Part shown: one piece after another, positions 10,425 through 19,866 of the stretch | Layout: every line of letters starts with the position of its first letter | Position numbering within the stretch: the first letter of the stretch is position 1 | Assembly: GCA_016781505.1 (NCBI GenBank) | Contig: JADDQF010000064.1 | Location: 3,292-67,291 of the forward strand | Reading direction: 5' to 3' | DNA: 64,000 nt | Origin: a bacterium | GTDB lineage: Bacteria; Chloroflexota; Chloroflexia; Chloroflexales; Kallotenuaceae | Translations under genes and position numbers: made by a program | The notes under the pieces: generated by a model | Seen by the model: the letters and a program-made list of their open reading frames with translations, nothing else | Told to the model about the DNA's origin: nothing | The model's database searches: none

Positions 10425-10476
10425 GACAAGCCCCGTGAAGGACGCTCGCAATCTCTTCACGGGGCTTGTCTTTGTA
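10425..10476 (+). terminator. Intrinsic terminator after lon
   Basis: 16-bp perfect stem GACAAGCCCCGTGAAG / CTTCACGGGGCTTGTC followed by TTTGTAG. Confidence 0.6.
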
Positions 10477-10521
10477 GATTCTGGCTGGTTTGTCAGACGC
10501 GGGACCCGGATCGGGCACCGG

Positions 10522-11268
10522 TTATTGCGCTGGTTGCAGATAATCGGCGGCTACCCAGCCATCCCCAAACTGTTCGGTACGTACTTGGCGCCACTTGCGG
10601 GTGCCGTCGTCAAACTCCTGTCCCAGATCTTGGACGCGCGTTCCTTCGGGTAACGTTCCCAAAATATTCCCAGGATCGACCACATGATCTCGCCGCAGGA
10701 AGAGTCCTTCGGTGGCGGTTCCGGTCACCACGAACGCGCCGCCCGGTGCCGGCGGCTGGGCAGGATCGCTCTTTGGTACGTTCGGCACCGGCTCTGGCGC
10801 GGTGCCCAGCTCGGGAGCTGCGGATGCCACTGGCTCTTGGTTCAGGAGCGGACCGCCGATAACTGCTTCCTGTGAGGCAAACGGAGCTGCCGCGTCGTCG
10901 GATGCCGCTGAGTTGCCCATGCGGTTGTACAACGAGAAGAGCGCGATCAACAGCAAAATACCCAGGGCTACACCGCCGATGGTCCACAGCTTACGCGAAT
11001 TGTTGGGATCGGCAGCCCAGGTGCCGAGCTGCTGCGTGGAAAACGACCCGCCCATCTGGCGCTGCTTACGGGCTTCCGAGCGACCAGAAAAGTTGGTGTC
11101 GACCACGGTTTGCTGGTCGAAAATGGAACCGCTGCGGTCTGAGTCAAGCGGCTCGGTTGGTGTTTGGCGGCGTGAGCGATTCAGGCGTATGTTATCGGCT
11201 AAAGGATTATCGCCGCCATTGGCATCTGGATCTGGATCTGGCGCATTCGGTCGTCTCGACCAGCCCAT
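10522..11268 (-). CDS. Membrane-anchored protein with C-terminal SH3b-like domain
   Basis: Trimmed to MGWSRRPN, with AAGGAG 7 nt upstream. The longer track ORF would overlap the pspC promoter region. TM helix LWTIGGVALGILLLIALFSL. SH3-like tail GTRVQDLGQEFDDGTRKWRQVRTEQFGDGWVAADYL. Confidence 0.6.
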   Translation of the reverse strand: MGWSRRPNAPDPDPDANGGDNPLADNIRLNRSRRQTPTEPLDSDRSGSIFDQQTVVDTNFSGRSEARKQRQMGGSFSTQQLGTWAADPNNSRKLWTIGGVALGILLLIALFSLYNRMGNSAASDDAAAPFASQEAVIGGPLLNQEPVASAAPELGTAPEPVPNVPKSDPAQPPAPGGAFVVTGTATEGLFLRRDHVVDPGNILGTLPEGTRVQDLGQEFDDGTRKWRQVRTEQFGDGWVAADYLQPAQ

Positions 11269-11485
11269 TGTCGCGCTCCTTTCATCGTTGTAAATGAGTG
11301 CTACAGGCCAACCCTGGGTGTGCTCAAGATCGATCTGCGGTACACTTCGATCATACCATGAGCCACCAAATTCATTCAAGTATAAAACATATGTTCTATA
11401 TTTGACAACACTTAACGTTGGGGGCGAGCGATGCAACATCGCCGTGTGTGCCAGCGTCATATAGCCCATGCAAAAGGAGTTCGCC

Positions 11486-12007
11486 ATGCACCCACGACTC
11501 ACTCGCACGCATACCGACCGAATGATTGCGGGCGTATGTGGCGGGCTGGGGCAATATTTTGGTGTTGATCCGGTTATCGTGCGCTTGATCTTTGTGGTCC
11601 TGGCCGTTACAACAATGGTCACTCCATTCATTTATCCGCTGTTATGGCTGGTTATGCCCGGCAGCGGATCATCGACGTTGCCTCCCACCAACGCTCAAGC
11701 AGGAGCGTCAATACCACTGCCGCCCGGTGCCCGCTTCGATCCGCTCACGGGTCAGCCCTTGCCGCCTCCAGCTGTGGGTCGCACAACGTCGTTGCGTGAG
11801 CCGGAATCAACCCCGTCCCCCAATGCCGCTCCGAACAACCGCAACCGCACGCTCGGCCTGTTGCTGATGGGCATAGGCGGCATGATCCTGTTCAACAATG
11901 TCGGCGAGGCGCTTGACCGGATCTTCGGTATCGATTTGTCAGGTATCATCTTTCCGATCTTGCTGGTCGGTCTGGGCGTGTACCTGCTACGACGTAGAAC
12001 AACATAA
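11486..12007 (+). CDS. PspC domain-containing membrane protein
   Basis: AAGGAG SD before the ATG at 11486. LTRTHTDRMIAGVCGGLGQYFGVDPVIVRLIFVVLAV is the PspC-domain signature. Confidence 0.8.
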   Translation: MHPRLTRTHTDRMIAGVCGGLGQYFGVDPVIVRLIFVVLAVTTMVTPFIYPLLWLVMPGSGSSTLPPTNAQAGASIPLPPGARFDPLTGQPLPPPAVGRTTSLREPESTPSPNAAPNNRNRTLGLLLMGIGGMILFNNVGEALDRIFGIDLSGIIFPILLVGLGVYLLRRRTT

Positions 12008-12015
12008 GGCAGCAT

Positions 12016-12915
12016 ATGTCTGAGCCATCGCCATTGCCGTCGACCGCCGGCGCGGTTCCCAAACGTTCAAACAAACACATCGCCTTGCTGCTCATCGTGG
12101 CCGGCGCAGCTATCTCGTTGCTCAACAGTGGCCCGGTTGGCGCTGTGATCTGGAGCGTGGTGTTTCCCCTTGCGCTGCTCACGGTCGGCGTAGACCTGAT
12201 CACGCAGGGCCGCGAACGGCGGCGAATCGCCGTCGCTGCGTTAATTGCTGCCGCGGCGCTTGCTCCACTTATTGGCGCGGCTCAGCTCGTCGAACCGCAA
12301 CGGCCGGAAAAGGTTGCTTCCCTGCGGCGGCAAAACCAGATCGGTTCGATCACCAACGCTGAGCTTGTACAGGCGCAAGTCCAACTAACCGCGGGTCACT
12401 TACGCATCGAGGCGCTGGACGACGAGAGCGATGCGCTTGTGGCGGTGGGTTCGGATGGGAAGGTGACCCATTCCCTATCACAAGCACGCCAAACAGCAAT
12501 GGTCGACATCGAGCACCCGTTCAATGTCGGTGAACTTGATTTGAGGGTGACCCGGCGCCTTCCGGTCGAACTATCCATCAAGATGGGCTCCGGCAACCTT
12601 GCGCCGATCGACCTGGAGGATATCCTGCTGGCAAAGCTGGCAATCGAGCAGACTACCGGCAATCTAGACCTTAAGTTGCCGAATGACGGGATCATCGATG
12701 TGACTCTTGCGAATGAGTTCGGCGATGTCGAGGTCGAGGTACCGGAAGAGCTTGCGGCCAGGATCGAGGTGAACGCGAAGTTTGGTGACGTCGATGTGGA
12801 TGATCGCTTCGCGCTCAAGGACGGCGCGTACGTCTCGGATAACTACCGTGAAGACGCGCCGAACCGAGCCACAATCCGGATCAACAAAACGGCCGGCAAT
12901 GTCGAGATCCGTTAG
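12016..12915 (+). CDS. LiaF-like (DUF2154/toastrack-type) cell-envelope stress protein
   Basis: N-terminal TM helices, then a beta-rich repetitive C-terminus (NLDLKLPNDGIIDVTLANEFGDVEVEVP...KFGDVDVDD...AGNVEIR). Lies immediately after the PspC gene. Confidence 0.55.
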   Translation: MSEPSPLPSTAGAVPKRSNKHIALLLIVAGAAISLLNSGPVGAVIWSVVFPLALLTVGVDLITQGRERRRIAVAALIAAAALAPLIGAAQLVEPQRPEKVASLRRQNQIGSITNAELVQAQVQLTAGHLRIEALDDESDALVAVGSDGKVTHSLSQARQTAMVDIEHPFNVGELDLRVTRRLPVELSIKMGSGNLAPIDLEDILLAKLAIEQTTGNLDLKLPNDGIIDVTLANEFGDVEVEVPEELAARIEVNAKFGDVDVDDRFALKDGAYVSDNYREDAPNRATIRINKTAGNVEIR

Positions 12916-14190
12916 CTAAACCTGTTTGCCTCGCTCCAGCGCAACAATGCTTTCGACATGGTGGGTGTGTGGAAACATGTCGATGATTTCGGCGCTGGTA
13001 ATGCGGTAACCAGCTCCCGCAAGCTGTTTGCAATCACGCGCGAGCGTGCCGGGATGACATGAAACGTACACAATGCGCTCGGGTGCGTGTGCCACCAGAG
13101 CGTTCAAAACCTCCGGCGTGCAGCCGCGGCGTGGCGGGTCAAGCGCTACCCGATCATACTGCTCCGGATGGCTCGCCAACACCTGCTCGACGCTGCCGAT
13201 CGCGAAGCGGGCATTGCCGATCTGGTTGAGCGTGGCACTGCGCCGCGCATCTTTGATCGCGGGCGCCCACTCTTCGATGCCAAACACTTCGGCCACGTCG
13301 GCGGCCAACGACAGCGCAAACAGCCCCACGCCGCAGTACAGATCAAGCAGCCGCGTTGAGTCCGTCACAGCCAACAGGCTGCGTACCCGCGCAACCATCC
13401 GCTGTACTGCAAGGTAATTTACCTGAAAGAATGAGCTGGCAGATACATGAAACCGTACATCGCCGACGAGCTGCTCGATCCCGTCGTGTCCGTCGAGGGT
13501 GCGGCGTGAAACCGCGTGAGTCACGCCCACCAGCCGGGGGTAGGCCTGCCGCCAGCGTTGTGCCAGCTCATGCGTTGCTCCCTTTCCATCCAAGGTCGCC
13601 AGCAGCTGGCCGGTGCTGGGGCTGCAGCGGAGGGTCACGCCGCGTAGTCCAGCATCGCGTCCAAGCAACGGACGAAGGGCGGCCAGCGCAGCGTTGATCA
13701 GCGGATGATGGAGGCAACACGCCGGGATATCGACTACGCGCCGCGTCCCCGGCACGAAATATCCGATCTGGCCGCCGGCCACATGTAGCTCGGCGCTGGT
13801 CCGGTACGCAAGGGTCGTTTGCGGATCGGCGACCACTTCGGGTGCAGCGACAGCCACGTCCAATCCCGCTAAATGTTGCAGCTGCTCCCGCAGAATATCG
13901 GCCTTGAAGCGCCGCTGCGCCGTCGGTTCGATCCACCGCCAGTCCGCGCCACCACAGTGTTGCTCCAATGCACAAAAGGACGGCACCCGCTCCGGCGCGG
14001 GATTGCTAACATCGGTTACTCGGCCGCGTGCGAACGCTTTTTGCCGCTCATGCAGTCGGACGTGTACATGTTCGGTTGGTAAGCCGCCGCTGGCAAATAC
14101 GGCGCGGCCTTGCCAGCGGCCCACCGCGTCGCCCCCCTGCGCCATGGCGTGCAGCTCAAGCTCGATGTCGTCAGGCCATTGTGTGCTCAT
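12916..14190 (-). CDS. TRAM-domain class I SAM-dependent RNA (uracil-5-)-methyltransferase, RlmD/RumA family
   Basis: N-terminal TRAM-like segment, SAM motif LLDLYCGVGLFALSLA, and DPPRRGC with the catalytic-Cys region VYVSCHPGTLARD. Confidence 0.85.
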   Translation of the reverse strand: MSTQWPDDIELELHAMAQGGDAVGRWQGRAVFASGGLPTEHVHVRLHERQKAFARGRVTDVSNPAPERVPSFCALEQHCGGADWRWIEPTAQRRFKADILREQLQHLAGLDVAVAAPEVVADPQTTLAYRTSAELHVAGGQIGYFVPGTRRVVDIPACCLHHPLINAALAALRPLLGRDAGLRGVTLRCSPSTGQLLATLDGKGATHELAQRWRQAYPRLVGVTHAVSRRTLDGHDGIEQLVGDVRFHVSASSFFQVNYLAVQRMVARVRSLLAVTDSTRLLDLYCGVGLFALSLAADVAEVFGIEEWAPAIKDARRSATLNQIGNARFAIGSVEQVLASHPEQYDRVALDPPRRGCTPEVLNALVAHAPERIVYVSCHPGTLARDCKQLAGAGYRITSAEIIDMFPHTHHVESIVALERGKQV

Positions 14191-14267
14191 TGCCTATGCC
14201 TCATCTGTGTGGATCGTGTTTCGATTTATTGTAGCTAGGCGGCTGATCCAGCGCCAATGGGTCGAGT

Positions 14268-14283
14268 TGGCATATTTTGTGCT
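14268..14283 (+). promoter_or_regulatory. Candidate sigma-54 (-24/-12) promoter element TGGCAT-N5-GTGCT
   Basis: GG and GC dinucleotides are at canonical spacing. It lies about 124 nt upstream of the ATG at 14407, in an intergenic region in the correct orientation. Confidence 0.3.
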
Positions 14284-14406
14284 ACCGTTTGGAGAACCCC
14301 ACGCAACGTGTCGCACGCAGCGGGTCGTGTAGCGAGGATCGTTCAAGTATGCGACAATTCGCGTATCACCAGGCCTTGGCTGATAGCAGCCGGTGTGGGT
14401 CATACA

Positions 14407-15492
14407 ATGAGCAAGAGGAGTTTTTCCGTGCCAAAATTTGGCGATATAACCAATGTGTGGAGCACGGTTCGCGAGCTGAACGTCGGCGATATTCGAGATA
14501 GCGCCAACCAGCCGGTGTCGATCGCCGTCATTGGCGCTCCCGAGCTGCGCAGTGCGATTACGCAAGCCTTGTACACTGGGCCAAGTCGTTACCCGGCAGC
14601 TCAGGGCGTTACCATCAACGAGTACGACATGCCAGTGCCACGTGACCGGCAAAGCGAGCTTAGTCGAGCCGATCTGGCGATCCTCGTTCTCAATGCTCAG
14701 AGCAGAATAGGCGCCGACGTGATCGCCGCGGCTGACAAATTGTCGATGCTGTCATGTCCGCGGCTGCTGGTGCTGGTGGGCGCCGAGCAGCTCCCGACAG
14801 TTGCGGGCGATGCGACCTGGTACCTGGCGGGCATGACGCAGGTTTTTGTGCCCGACACCCAACCCGATACCCTCGCCAAACAGCTCGTGCCGGTGGTTGT
14901 GGATAGCTTGCCGGAGGATCTACGGATTGCCGCAGCGCGCAAGTTGCCGGGTTTACGCGATGGCGTTGGGCGTTGGCTGGTCGGCGATGTTTCCTTTTCC
15001 AATGCCTCGTTCGCGCTGACCTCGGGGCTACCGGAGATGGTGCCGCTGCTGAATATTCCGCTGAATGCGGCGGATATGCTGGTGCTGACCAAGAATCAGG
15101 CGTTGTTGGTGTATAAGCTGGCCCTGGCGTTTGGTGCGCCGCCCGATTTTCAAGCGCAGATGCGGGAAGTGCTGCCCGTAATCGGCAGCGGCTTTATGTG
15201 GCGACAGGCTGCGCGGCAGCTGGTTGGCCTGATCCCCGGCTTTGGTATTCTGCCCAAGGTGGCCGTCGCCTACGCGGGTACGTATGCCACAGGACAGGCC
15301 GCTGTGCTCTGGTATCGCAACGGCGAGCGGGTCTCCGGCGACGCGCTCAGCAGTCTGTACAAGCAAGCGATCGAGATTGGTCGGCAGCGCGCCCGCGAGC
15401 TGCTCCAGCGCCGCCAGCAGCAGCCACCGGCAACCGGCGAAACGAGACGCATGACGCCGCCGGCGCGGTGGTGGCAGCGCTTCCGCCGTTAA
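14407..15492 (+). CDS. Hypothetical protein: degenerate GTPase-like N-terminal region plus DUF697-like C-terminal region
   Basis: Trimmed to MSKRSFSVPKFG. IAVIGAPELRSAI occupies the P-loop position but lacks the GKS/T. The C-terminal hydrophobic segment LVGLIPGFGILPKVAVAYAGTYATG resembles DUF697. Assignment is tentative. Confidence 0.45.
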   Translation: MSKRSFSVPKFGDITNVWSTVRELNVGDIRDSANQPVSIAVIGAPELRSAITQALYTGPSRYPAAQGVTINEYDMPVPRDRQSELSRADLAILVLNAQSRIGADVIAAADKLSMLSCPRLLVLVGAEQLPTVAGDATWYLAGMTQVFVPDTQPDTLAKQLVPVVVDSLPEDLRIAAARKLPGLRDGVGRWLVGDVSFSNASFALTSGLPEMVPLLNIPLNAADMLVLTKNQALLVYKLALAFGAPPDFQAQMREVLPVIGSGFMWRQAARQLVGLIPGFGILPKVAVAYAGTYATGQAAVLWYRNGERVSGDALSSLYKQAIEIGRQRARELLQRRQQQPPATGETRRMTPPARWWQRFRR

Positions 15493-15520
15493 CATTCCGC
15501 CCCGCAAACTCGACTATAAT

Positions 15521-15557
15521 GCCCACGCGTTGTCAGGCGCTGACCGCGTGGGCTTTG
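15521..15557 (+). terminator. Strong hairpin between the DUF697-like gene and murA (terminator or attenuator)
   Basis: GCCCACGCG-tt-GTCAG-gcg-CTGAC-CGCGTGGGC followed by TTTGCAT. A TATAAT lies immediately 5' (15515-15520), so the role is ambiguous. Confidence 0.5.
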
Positions 15558-15576
15558 CATGTCGAGGAGAGGACGC

Positions 15577-16857
15577 ATGGACTATTTCGTGATCGAAGGT
15601 GGCCAACGGCTCAACGGCACGATCACGCCGGTTGGTAATAAAAACGCTGCGCTGCCGTTGCTGGCCGCAGCGCTGCTTACAGACGAGCCGCTAACGCTCC
15701 ATAACGTGCCCGACATTGGCGATGTCCGGACCAAGCTCGATCTGCTGCGTGCGCTGGGCGTCGAGTGTACCGCCCTTGGGCGCGGCAGCTGGCGTTTGGT
15801 TGCCAAGGCCGTGGGCGACCGCGAACCAGACGTTGAGCTTGGCCGCCGGATCCGCACTGCTCCGCTCCTGGCCGGGCCGCTCCTCGCCCGCCGCGGTTTT
15901 GTCACCGTGCCGCGGCCAGGCGGCGACCGGATCGGCCGTCGTCGGCTTGATACCCATTTCCAAGCCTTGCAAGCGCTGGGCGCCGAGATCGCCGTCGAGA
16001 ACGACCGCTACCGTCTCACCAGCGGCGAGCTGAGTGGCGCCGACATCTTTTTGGACGAGATGAGCGTAACCGGCACCGAGCAGGCGATCATGGCTGCGTC
16101 GCTCGCCGAAGGCACCACCATCATTCGTAACGCCGCATCCGAGCCGCATGTGCAGGACGTGTGTAAGTGCCTTAACGCCATGGGCGCGCGCATCAGCGGC
16201 ATCGGCACCGATACCCTGACGATTCAAGGTGTGTCGAGCCTGCGTGGCGCGGAATATACCATCGGCCCGGATTTTATGGAGGTCGGCTCATTCATCGGCT
16301 TGGCGGCGGCGACCGGAAGCGCGCTGCGGATCAAAAATGCGCGGCCCGAAGAGCATCGCATGACGCGCATCACCTTCAATAAGCTGGGTGTGACGTGGCA
16401 GGACGACGGCGCTGATATTGTCGTGCCCGCCGAGCAAGAGCTGGTTGTGCAGGCCGACCTGCATGGCGCGATCCCCAAGATCGATGATCGACCCTGGCCA
16501 GGCTTTCCGACCGACCTGATGAGTATCATTCTGGTGGTGGCAACCCAGGCGCAGGGAACGGTGCTGATCCACGAGTGGATGTTTGAAAACCGACTCTTCT
16601 TTGTTGACCGCCTCATCAGCATGGGCGCTGGCGTTGTGCTGTGTGATCCTCACCGCGCGGTCGTGGTCGGACCAGCCAAGCTGCACGGCGAAACGTTGAT
16701 CAGCCCGGATATTCGTGCGGGCATGGCCTTGTTGATCGCGGCCCTCGCGGCCGAGGGACAAAGCATCATCCAAAACATCGGGCAGATCGACCGGGGCTAC
16801 GAGCGAATTGAAGAGCGGCTGCGTACACTTGGAGCACATATTGAACGTCGTGCATAG
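15577..16857 (+). CDS. murA: UDP-N-acetylglucosamine 1-carboxyvinyltransferase (MurA), Asp active-site variant
   Basis: Trimmed to [34 protein letters not shown], with SD GGAGAGGA. The active-site loop reads [16 protein letters not shown] where E. coli has PGGCAIGARPVDLH. Confidence 0.9.
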   Translation: MDYFVIEGGQRLNGTITPVGNKNAALPLLAAALLTDEPLTLHNVPDIGDVRTKLDLLRALGVECTALGRGSWRLVAKAVGDREPDVELGRRIRTAPLLAGPLLARRGFVTVPRPGGDRIGRRRLDTHFQALQALGAEIAVENDRYRLTSGELSGADIFLDEMSVTGTEQAIMAASLAEGTTIIRNAASEPHVQDVCKCLNAMGARISGIGTDTLTIQGVSSLRGAEYTIGPDFMEVGSFIGLAAATGSALRIKNARPEEHRMTRITFNKLGVTWQDDGADIVVPAEQELVVQADLHGAIPKIDDRPWPGFPTDLMSIILVVATQAQGTVLIHEWMFENRLFFVDRLISMGAGVVLCDPHRAVVVGPAKLHGETLISPDIRAGMALLIAALAAEGQSIIQNIGQIDRGYERIEERLRTLGAHIERRA

Positions 16858-16898
16858 TCCGGGCGGGTACGGATCAGGAGCAGCGTTACGGCATGGCG

Positions 16899-16927
16899 TT
16901 GCGTCACATGTGTGCCTAGGCTATAAT
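16899..16927 (+). promoter_or_regulatory. Candidate sigma-70 promoter TTGCGT-N17-TATAAT upstream of the sigma-54 activator gene
   Basis: Hexamers at 16899-16904 and 16922-16927 with a 17-nt spacer. Confidence 0.45.
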
Positions 16928-17052
16928 TCACACTGTGGATATGCTGCTTCCCGAAGCTAACCCCCAATCCACGGTATTTTGCGCTGGCGGTATCCTTTTA
17001 GGTCAAGGGGTGGATGCCGCGATATGCCTTGCGTCGGCTAGAAGGAGCACTC

Positions 17053-18438
17053 TTGACTGTGACAGATGAGCAGAAGCAACGAAAGATACTGATTGCCGAT
17101 GATGACGACGGCGTGCGCAATGTGCTGCATGACCTGCTTACGGATGAAGGCTATTGTGTAACCGAGGTCCGCAGCGGAACCGAAGTGCTGACCAAGATTG
17201 CCGGCGGAAACGGCTACGATCTGCTGTTGATGGACGTGCGCATGCCGGGCATCGATGGTCTCGAAGTGCTGGAGCGGCTGCAAAAAAATAACAGCGATCT
17301 GGGCGTCATCATGATTACCGCCCACGCAACCTCGTCGGTGGCGATTCGGGCCATGCAGATGGGCGCGTTTGATCAGCTGCGAAAGCCGTTCGAGGTCGAT
17401 GAAGTGCTGGTCACAGTGCAGCGCTACTTCGAGCATCAAGAGCTGGCCTCCAAGGTCAAAACGCTTGAAAGCCAATCCTTTGATCCGCGCGACCGCATGA
17501 TCGGCTCCGGGCCCGCAATGCAGCGCATCTACAAAACCATCGGCCGGATCGCCGGCAGCGACGCGACGGTGTTGGTCACCGGCGAGACTGGTACGGGCAA
17601 AGAGCTCGTGGCCAACGTTATTCATGCCCACTCGTCGCGGCGTACCGGCCCGCCCATGGTCCGCGTCAACTGTGCGGCCCTGCCGGATACCCTGCTTGAA
17701 AGTGAGCTGTTTGGGCACGAGAAGGGCGCGTTTACCAGCGCGGTATCCCAGCGTAAAGGGCGCTTCGAGTTGGCGAACAAAAGCACCATCTTTTTGGACG
17801 AGGTCGGCGAGCTGTCGCTGACTGCCCAGAAGAAGCTGCTGCGCGTGCTGCAAGAGGGCGAGTTTGAGCGGGTCGGTGGCACTGCTACCATGAAAGTCGA
17901 TGTGCGGGTGATCACGGCCACCAACCGTGACATCGAGGAAGAGGTGCGTAAAGGCAATTTCCGCGAGGATCTGTACTATCGGCTCAACGTGATCAACATT
18001 CATATGCCGTCGCTGCGCGAGCGCCGCGAAGACATTCCGCTGCTGATCGAGCATTTTCTGGATAAATATCGCTACAGCCCGTCGTCGCCGCCATCCCAGA
18101 TTTCGGAAGAAGCGATCAACAAGCTGATCGCCTACGACTGGCCCGGCAATGTACGGCAGCTCGAAAACGAGATGCAGCGGGCGGTTGTGCTGTCGCAGGG
18201 CAAGGTGATTACCAGTGAGCTGTTGTCGCTAGAGCCGGGCACCGCTGCCTTGGCGATTGATATTGCCAGCGCGGTGCGCGAGCGGCGGACGCTGGCGCAG
18301 GTGCTGCGTGATGTTGAGTGTACCATGCTTACCGAGGCTCTCCGTCAGCATGACGGCGATCATGCGGTTGCGGCTGATCGGTTGGGGCTAAGCACCAGAG
18401 CATTTGCGGCCAAACTGAAAGAGCTGGGCATCGAGTAG
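17053..18438 (+). CDS. Sigma-54-dependent response regulator (REC, AAA+ sigma-54 interaction domain, Fis-type HTH; NtrC family)
   Basis: Likely start is TTG 17053, 5 nt after GAAGGAG; the track ORF opens at 17014. Motifs: KILIADDDDG, Walker A GETGTGKE, loop GAFTSA (variant of GAFTGA), RERREDIP, C-terminal HTH AADRLGLSTRAFAAKLKELGI. Confidence 0.9.
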   Translation: MTVTDEQKQRKILIADDDDGVRNVLHDLLTDEGYCVTEVRSGTEVLTKIAGGNGYDLLLMDVRMPGIDGLEVLERLQKNNSDLGVIMITAHATSSVAIRAMQMGAFDQLRKPFEVDEVLVTVQRYFEHQELASKVKTLESQSFDPRDRMIGSGPAMQRIYKTIGRIAGSDATVLVTGETGTGKELVANVIHAHSSRRTGPPMVRVNCAALPDTLLESELFGHEKGAFTSAVSQRKGRFELANKSTIFLDEVGELSLTAQKKLLRVLQEGEFERVGGTATMKVDVRVITATNRDIEEEVRKGNFREDLYYRLNVINIHMPSLRERREDIPLLIEHFLDKYRYSPSSPPSQISEEAINKLIAYDWPGNVRQLENEMQRAVVLSQGKVITSELLSLEPGTAALAIDIASAVRERRTLAQVLRDVECTMLTEALRQHDGDHAVAADRLGLSTRAFAAKLKELGIE

Positions 18439-18547
18439 CTGGGCGCCGGTGCTAGTCATCTTCCTTGGCGCAGTTCAACGGCTAGCTCTAAACATGTGCT
18501 AGGCCATACAGCTTGCAGGAGTCGGTCGGGCAGGAAAGATAATCCCA

Positions 18548-19774
18548 GTGATTTTGAAACCTCAGTGGCGTGGTCTGCTGATTGTGCTGATCGTGTTTGC
18601 CTTGTTGCTGCGGCAGGGGTTGGCCGTGATGCTCCTGGGGTTGCCGGCCTTGACGCTGCTGTTGGCCGAGCTGTGGAGTCGCTGGGCGCTCCGGCGCATC
18701 GCGTATGAGCGATCCCTGAGCAGCGAACGCGCGCTGGTGGGTGACGAGATCACCCTCACCCTGCGGATCGCGAATCGGAAGCTGCTGGGGCTGCCCAGCC
18801 TGGTGATCGACGAGCTGGTGCCGGACCAGCTCGACTATGGCGCCCAGCGCCTGCTGCCGCATACCCTGCTCAACACCAAGCTGCTCCGCCGCAGCACATC
18901 GCTCCGGCCCTATGAAGCCGTCTCGTGGCAGATCAAGCTGCGCTGTACCAAACGCGGCCTCTTCACCTTCGGCCCGGCCCACCTTACCGCGACCGACGCT
19001 TTTGGCCTGGTGACTCGTGAGCTGGAGCTCGCCCAGCGGACACGCCTTTTGGTCTACCCGGAGCTTGTCAAGCTGCCGAACCTCCGGCTGCGCGCGCAAC
19101 ACCCCGTTGGAGAGCGACGTGCGCCGCGGCAACTCTTGACCGACCCTGCCCGCACCATTGGCGTGCGCGACTATCGCCGTGACGATCCGTTGAAAGCCGT
19201 TCACTGGGGCGCTACCGCTCGCCGCGGCGAGCTGCAAACCCGCATCTTCGAGCCCACTACCAATCTCGACATCGCGATTGTCCTTAATCTGGATACCTTC
19301 GAGCACTACTGGGAAGGCGTCCGCTACGACCAGATCGAATATATGATCAGCGTCGCGGCCGCGGTCGCATCCGAAGCTGCCGGCCAAGGCCTGGGATTCG
19401 GCCTGTACACCAACGGTGCGCCCGCCGACCAGGGCCAGCTGGTGCGTATCCCGCCCGACCGCTCACCTGCGCAGTTGCCCCTGGTGCTGGAGGTGCTCGC
19501 CAAGCTCGTGCCCTATGCCGTAACGCCCTTTCCCAACGTGCTGCGGCGGCTTGGGCCAGCCATGACCTGGGGAACGACGATTGTGTTTATCAGTGCTGTC
19601 CCTTCCGAGGCGCTGCAGATTGCGCTGCTGCGGCTGCAACAACAGCGCGGCCGAATCGTCTGGCTGTATGCTGGAGAAGGCGCCGTGCCGCATGTGCCCG
19701 GTATAGAAGTCGTGCCGCTGCAGACGAACGCCGTATGGGGCCAACGTTCGGGGCGAATCATGCCCCAGTCGTAG
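18548..19774 (+). CDS. DUF58 domain-containing protein (vWA-like fold)
   Basis: N-terminal TM hairpin. The signature VRDYRRDDPLKAVHWGATARRGELQTRIFE matches the DUF58 motif. Confidence 0.85.
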   Translation: MILKPQWRGLLIVLIVFALLLRQGLAVMLLGLPALTLLLAELWSRWALRRIAYERSLSSERALVGDEITLTLRIANRKLLGLPSLVIDELVPDQLDYGAQRLLPHTLLNTKLLRRSTSLRPYEAVSWQIKLRCTKRGLFTFGPAHLTATDAFGLVTRELELAQRTRLLVYPELVKLPNLRLRAQHPVGERRAPRQLLTDPARTIGVRDYRRDDPLKAVHWGATARRGELQTRIFEPTTNLDIAIVLNLDTFEHYWEGVRYDQIEYMISVAAAVASEAAGQGLGFGLYTNGAPADQGQLVRIPPDRSPAQLPLVLEVLAKLVPYAVTPFPNVLRRLGPAMTWGTTIVFISAVPSEALQIALLRLQQQRGRIVWLYAGEGAVPHVPGIEVVPLQTNAVWGQRSGRIMPQS

Positions 19775-19866
19775 GCATCCTGCCCGCTCCGTGTGGTAGA
19801 ATACACAGCCAGTTATCCACATCCTGCAGCACTTTCGCCCTGCTGCTGCTTCGCAAAGCTCATACG

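Noticed and set aside
11384-11397. AAAACATATGTTCT between the SH3 and pspC genes, considered as a second LexA box.
   Set aside because: The left half-site is AAAC rather than GAAC, a core mismatch. No consensus promoter overlaps it. It is kept only as a remark in the envelope-stress finding.
17038-18054. Long antisense ORFs in the track: 17038-18054, 19896-20954, 29905-30954, 43723-45135, 54781-56241, 56780-57577, 58040-59065 and 8740-9696.
   Set aside because: Each lies opposite a gene with unmistakable conserved motifs (NtrC AAA+, CpaF, P450, GlpX, Lon and others). Their translations are Arg/Ala/Gly/Pro-rich low-complexity strings with no motifs. This is the expected artefact of stop-codon-poor antisense frames in high-G+C DNA.
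18502-18517. GGCCATACAGCTTGCA upstream of the DUF58 gene, considered as a sigma-54 -24/-12 promoter fed by the adjacent activator.
   Set aside because: The GG-to-GC spacing is one nucleotide too long relative to the strict TGGCAC-N5-TTGC geometry.
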